Positions 28,327 to 32,000 of a DNA stretch of 32,000 bases are shown piece by piece (within the stretch, counting starts at the first letter, position 1; every line of letters begins with the position of its first letter). A model generated the notes under the pieces. It was not told where the DNA came from, did not search any database, and worked only from the letters and a program-made list of their open reading frames with translations. The position numbers and the translations under genes were made by a program. Source of the DNA: Vibrio cholerae ATCC 14035 (GTDB lineage: Bacteria; Pseudomonadota; Gammaproteobacteria; Enterobacterales; Vibrionaceae); contig NZ_JHXR01000004.1 in assembly GCF_000621645.1 (NCBI RefSeq), positions 236,495 through 268,494 on the forward strand, read 5' to 3'.

Positions 28327-30063
28327 TTATTGAACTCTAAACCGTCCTACCACATCACTCAATGCATGTGAGGTATTTTGCAACTCATTGCTGACCGAGG
28401 TGACTTGCGCGGCATTCATGTTGAGCTTACGCACCATCTCTTGAATTGCCGCCATGTTTTTACTCACTTCGTGTGTAACTTGCCGCTGCTCCATCGCTGA
28501 TGTGGCGATAAGAGTATTCAGATTATTCATTTCAGCGACTGAATCAGTCACCACATTGAGCGAATCCATCACATGATTGGTGCGTTCAGCGGTTTCTTCA
28601 CAATGAATACGGGTTGAGTCCATCTCTTTTACTACGTTTTCTGTCGTGGTTTTTAAGGTCGCGAGCATGTCATTAATTTGCGAAGTGCTCTGTTGTGTTC
28701 GAGAGGCTAATGCACGAACTTCATCAGCGACTACCGCAAAACCTCTGCCTTGTTCACCAGCACGAGCAGCTTCGATCGCCGCATTGAGCGCCAGTAGATT
28801 AGTTTGTTCTGCAATCGCGCCGATGACTTGTAATACGGAATTGATTTGCTTCGTGTCCTCGCTCATACGCGTGATAGTTTCTGCCATCGAGGAGACTTGG
28901 TTCACCAGTCCATTGACACTGTTGACAGCTTCGGTAACGGTTTGTTTTGATTCATCAGCATAACGATTTGTTCGTTCGGTAAGTAGTGCGGCATCATCCG
29001 CACTTTGCGCAATAGAGCCTGCGCTAGCACTCATCTCTTCAATGGCGGTAATCGCTTGTTCAGTTTCTTGCGTATGTTGATTAAGCGTATTGAGATTGGA
29101 ACGAGCTTGGTTGCTTAAATGTACAACGGCACGATCAATCTCTTTCGATGAGTCAGCTACGTCGATAAACATCTGCTGCAGTTTTTCAATGAAAAGGTTG
29201 ATGGAGTTGCAGATTTGACCAATTTCATCTTTTGATTCAACGGCGAGACGTTGGGTTAGATCACCATTACCTTGTGATAGGTTGGCAACCAAAGTGTTAA
29301 GGCGGCTCAATGGCTTAAATGAAACGTGCAGCATAGTCACGCTGGCAACAATAATGACGGAGGCACAGACTAAAAGCGCGAGGGTAATTTTCCAGTTGAG
29401 CTGATCGGTATTGGCTTGAATCGCGGTTAAATCGATGTAGCCAATCAACTGCCAATCTTGTCCAGCAAAATTGATTGGACGAGTAATGGGCGTGAGGTTT
29501 ACCCCTTGCTTATCCGAGAAAATCACATTTCCATTAGCCATCAATTCCGCAAAGCTGCCCTCGGTTGCGTAATCGGTCATCATTTGACTAAAGGCGGAAA
29601 GGTTGAATACGAAGAAATCTACTGACTCATCGAAACGCTTGACTGAAAAGGTAATCGTCGGCTGTCCCTCATTGAATGTCACAGGGCTAACCACCACAGC
29701 ATCACCATGATTTTCAGCGAGACTCACATACTGCTGAGCATCTTCTTCGCTCATATTGCCCGTATCATCAAAGGCATATCCGTTGACGATCTTTATGATT
29801 TTATTGAATCCAGAGCTCGCTTTAGTTTCACCAATATCCATCATGCTGAAGTTCAGGCTTTGTGCGAGAGCTAATTTGCTGTTCAGTTCGTTTTCAAGCT
29901 TACGTTGCATCAAATCAATGTTATGCGTGATGTTTTGGCTATCCGCCTGTTTGATGTAATCGCTGATAAAATAGTTAACACTAAAATACGAGGTGATGAT
30001 GGTCAGCGAGATAATCGCGATGATCAGGGCAATTATCTTGTTTTTAAACGAGAGTTGGGCCAT
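28327..30063 (-). CDS. Transmembrane MCP with a ~190-aa periplasmic (Cache-like?) sensor domain and HAMP
   Basis: 578 aa. TM1 at aa ~9-31 and TM2 ([20 protein letters not shown]) at about aa 216-236, followed by HAMP. Tip: [35 protein letters not shown]. The sensor fold cannot be assigned by eye. Confidence 0.9.
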   Translation of the reverse strand: MAQLSFKNKIIALIIAIISLTIITSYFSVNYFISDYIKQADSQNITHNIDLMQRKLENELNSKLALAQSLNFSMMDIGETKASSGFNKIIKIVNGYAFDDTGNMSEEDAQQYVSLAENHGDAVVVSPVTFNEGQPTITFSVKRFDESVDFFVFNLSAFSQMMTDYATEGSFAELMANGNVIFSDKQGVNLTPITRPINFAGQDWQLIGYIDLTAIQANTDQLNWKITLALLVCASVIIVASVTMLHVSFKPLSRLNTLVANLSQGNGDLTQRLAVESKDEIGQICNSINLFIEKLQQMFIDVADSSKEIDRAVVHLSNQARSNLNTLNQHTQETEQAITAIEEMSASAGSIAQSADDAALLTERTNRYADESKQTVTEAVNSVNGLVNQVSSMAETITRMSEDTKQINSVLQVIGAIAEQTNLLALNAAIEAARAGEQGRGFAVVADEVRALASRTQQSTSQINDMLATLKTTTENVVKEMDSTRIHCEETAERTNHVMDSLNVVTDSVAEMNNLNTLIATSAMEQRQVTHEVSKNMAAIQEMVRKLNMNAAQVTSVSNELQNTSHALSDVVGRFRVQ

Positions 30064-30244
30064 AGCACTTTACATCCTTAAAAGTGATCGATTTGAACGG
30101 CATTTCCTGCGCCGTTGATAAACTCATACAAAAGTTTGGGTCACATATTAGGTTAGCTGTGTCATTGTTGCAATTACGTTGCATTCATTTACAAATATTA
30201 TCTAGCATGCGCTGAAAAATGACGGTGAAGACGTGAGATTTTGA

Positions 30245-30276
30245 GGAAATAAAGAACCCCACACTTCGTGGGGTTC
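30245..30276 (-). terminator. Rho-independent terminator of the carboxypeptidase gene
   Basis: Perfect 9-bp stem GAACCCCAC(30254-30262)/GTGGGGTTC(30268-30276) with a 5-nt loop. The minus strand continues TTTATTTCC. Confidence 0.78.
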
Positions 30277-30284
30277 GTGAAAGA

Positions 30285-31769
30285 TTACTTCAGATAGCGC
30301 TGACTCAAATGAGCTTTAAAATGCTCTGGGTTGAGGGTTTCCCCCGTCGCTTGTTTAACCAATTCATCGGTACTGAATAAGCTGCCCTTGCTCCAAATAT
30401 TCTCAGACAACCAAGAGAATATTGGTGAGAGATCGCCGCGGCGAATCGCGCCATCCACATCCACGGTTTTCTTCATGGCCGCCATAAATTGCGCAGCATA
30501 CATGGCACCTAAGGTGTAGCTTGGGAAGTAACCAAAGCTGCCATCTGTCCAGTGAATATCCTGCATACACCCATTTTGATCGTTGCCTTTGGTGCTTAGG
30601 CCTAAATAAGCCTGCATCTTTTGATCCCAAAGTTCTGGCACATCAGTGTGTTTGATCTTGCCGTTCATCAAATCTCGTTCGATTTCAAAACGCAGGATCA
30701 CATGGGCTGGGTAGGTGAGTTCATCCGCATCGACGCGGATAAAATCTTTCTGCACGCGCGTGTAAAGTTTTTGAATGTTTTCCACTCGGAAGACCGGATC
30801 ATTCATCGCCGAAAAATGTTTGCCTGCCAGTTCAGCGAGATGGGCAATAAACGCAGGGCTACGACCCACTTGCATCTCAAAGAACAGAGATTGTGATTCA
30901 TGAATGCCCATCGAACGCGCTTCGCCAGCCGGAGTGCCAGCCAAATGCTTAGGTAAACCTTGCTCGTAACGCGCATGGCCAGTCTCATGCACAATGCCCA
31001 TCAGCGATTGTACAAACTCGCTTTCGTTGTAGCGTGTAGTAATGCGCACATCACTCGGTACGCCGCCACAGAAGGGGTGCACACTTTCATCAAGTCGGCC
31101 GTGGTTAAAATCAAACTGAAGTAGCTTCATCACATCCAGCCCCAGCGCTTTTTGGCTTTCAGCAGGATAATGGCCTTTAGGTGCGATAAAGCTTTCGCTA
31201 CTCTGCTTTTCAATCACCACATCAATTAAGCTTGGTAGCCAAGTTTTCACATCACTAAATACACGATTGAGCTGTTCGGTTGTCGTGCCCGGCTCATAAA
31301 GCTCAAGCATCGCATCGTAAGGGGTTTTCCCAGTTGCTTCGGCACGAATTTGCGCTTCTTCTTGAGAAAGCTTGACCACTTCCGCCCAGTTTTTCTCAAA
31401 ACCTGTCCAATCGTTATTTTTGCGTTGGCTACGCCAAGCGTGTTCACATTTGGAGCCAGCTAGGGATTGCGCTTCGACTAAGGCTTCAGGCAGAACCGTC
31501 GCTTGTTGCCATTGGCGTTTCATTTCGCGCAGGGTGGCTTGCTGCTCGATATTGAGCGTTTCACTTTCTGCCTCGGCAAACCAATCAGCCAATTGTGGCT
31601 GGGTCATCAGGCCATGGATATGCACAGAAAGCTCTGCCATGGCTTGCGAGCGCGCTTCAGCGCCGCCACTGGGCATGACGGCGGCTTGGTCCCAACCAAC
31701 GATGGACGACAAATGATTAAAGTTAGAAATTTTTTTAGAATGTTTTACTAATTTATTGAACGCATTCAT
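30285..31769 (-). CDS. M32 (Taq-type) metallo-carboxypeptidase
   Basis: HETGH zinc motif (HETGHARYEQG), HESQS and IRVDADELTYPAHV are all family hallmarks. The ORF track starts at 31859. The ATG at 31769 (MNAFNKL) aligns with family N-termini. Confidence 0.88.
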   Translation of the reverse strand: MNAFNKLVKHSKKISNFNHLSSIVGWDQAAVMPSGGAEARSQAMAELSVHIHGLMTQPQLADWFAEAESETLNIEQQATLREMKRQWQQATVLPEALVEAQSLAGSKCEHAWRSQRKNNDWTGFEKNWAEVVKLSQEEAQIRAEATGKTPYDAMLELYEPGTTTEQLNRVFSDVKTWLPSLIDVVIEKQSSESFIAPKGHYPAESQKALGLDVMKLLQFDFNHGRLDESVHPFCGGVPSDVRITTRYNESEFVQSLMGIVHETGHARYEQGLPKHLAGTPAGEARSMGIHESQSLFFEMQVGRSPAFIAHLAELAGKHFSAMNDPVFRVENIQKLYTRVQKDFIRVDADELTYPAHVILRFEIERDLMNGKIKHTDVPELWDQKMQAYLGLSTKGNDQNGCMQDIHWTDGSFGYFPSYTLGAMYAAQFMAAMKKTVDVDGAIRRGDLSPIFSWLSENIWSKGSLFSTDELVKQATGETLNPEHFKAHLSQRYLK

Positions 31770-31868
31770 GGAAATAGCCTTCCGTGACGATAAACGAAAG
31801 CGAAGTGTATCAATCAAGGTGCAGATAACCAAGTGATGAGAAGCGCGTTTTTTCATCAAGAGGATTTT

Positions 31869-31910
31869 TGCCCGCCAAGCAAGATCTTGCTCAGCGTTGG
31901 GCAGTTTTTT
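31869..31910 (+). terminator. Orphan + strand intrinsic-terminator-like hairpin
   Basis: Outer stem TGCCCG(31869-31874)/TGGGCA(31898-31903, one G-U pair), inner stem AGCAA(31878-31882)/TTGCT(31887-31891), internal loop, then G+T6 (31904-31910). No + strand gene lies upstream of it. Confidence 0.45.
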
Positions 31911-31964
31911 GCTTTGTTGATGGGACTATTTCTATAACTTATTGATTTTGAATGGTGTGAAAGT

Positions 31965-31980
31965 TGGCATCCCACTTGCT
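31965..31980 (+). promoter_or_regulatory. Sigma54 (RpoN) -24/-12 promoter facing out of the window
   Basis: TGGCAT-CCCAC-TTGCT compared with the consensus TGGCAC-N5-TTGCW. The GG/GC spacing is exact and there are only two mismatches outside the invariant dinucleotides. Confidence 0.65.
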
Positions 31981-32000
31981 CTTTGTATCGCGACGGTGCG

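Noticed and set aside
31770-31859. N-terminal extensions offered by the ORF track. They are the carboxypeptidase start at 31859, LysR at 3938, CheY at 9302, the MCP at 18748, vceA at 25487 and the PAS-MCP at 20593.
   Set aside because: The internal starts reproduce canonical family N-termini and/or have better SD spacing. Several of the longer versions begin at TTG or overlap the preceding gene. The start choices remain moderately uncertain.
1-32000. Whole-window search by eye for CRISPR arrays, tRNA/rRNA genes, IS elements/transposases/integrases, toxin-antitoxin pairs and phage-defence-type gene pairs.
   Set aside because: I saw no regularly spaced repeats, no cloverleaf-like or rRNA-like segments, and no recombinase, nuclease or toxin-like ORFs. 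Every ORF of about 100 aa or more that I accept has a plausible housekeeping, efflux or chemosensory assignment.

Overview
This 32-kb segment looks like chromosome from a Vibrio-like gammaproteobacterium. Gene content and order match my recollection of Vibrio cholerae chromosome I, roughly VC1387-VC1414. That placement is from memory and cannot be verified here.

Left flank (1-7.6 kb): yegD, lplA, and a 59-codon DUF2256-type zinc-ribbon ORF that is missing from the ORF track. These are followed by a LysR regulator divergent from an MFS transporter, a cryptochrome/photolyase-family gene, and sugE/gdx preceded by a clear guanidine-II (mini-ykkC) riboswitch.

Centre (7.6-21.9 kb): a visibly AT-richer block. 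It holds a 10-gene, translationally coupled accessory chemosensory operon on the minus strand. In transcription order the genes are a soluble double-signalling-domain MCP, a triple-CheW protein, CheB, a HEAT-repeat protein, CheR, CheY, CheA, an 86-aa unknown, a second CheY and a sensor-less membrane MCP. Next comes a ~0.5-kb ORF-free AT-rich spacer and two plus-strand MCP genes, one a soluble PAS-PAS receptor.

Right flank: a DEAD-box helicase, a vceR/vceCAB-type tripartite efflux locus with promoter-overlapping palindromes, another MCP and an M32 carboxypeptidase. At the window edge there is an outward-facing sigma54 -24/-12 promoter.

I saw no rRNA, tRNA, CRISPR array, IS element or integrase.

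I did not find evidence for a wholly new system. The best candidate is the accessory chemosensory operon, which is a described locus type whose signal, output and two accessory proteins remain unexplained. The smaller observations (riboswitch anti-SD pairing, the DUF2256/cryptochrome shared ECF-like promoter motif, tandem repeats, an orphan terminator) are listed separately.
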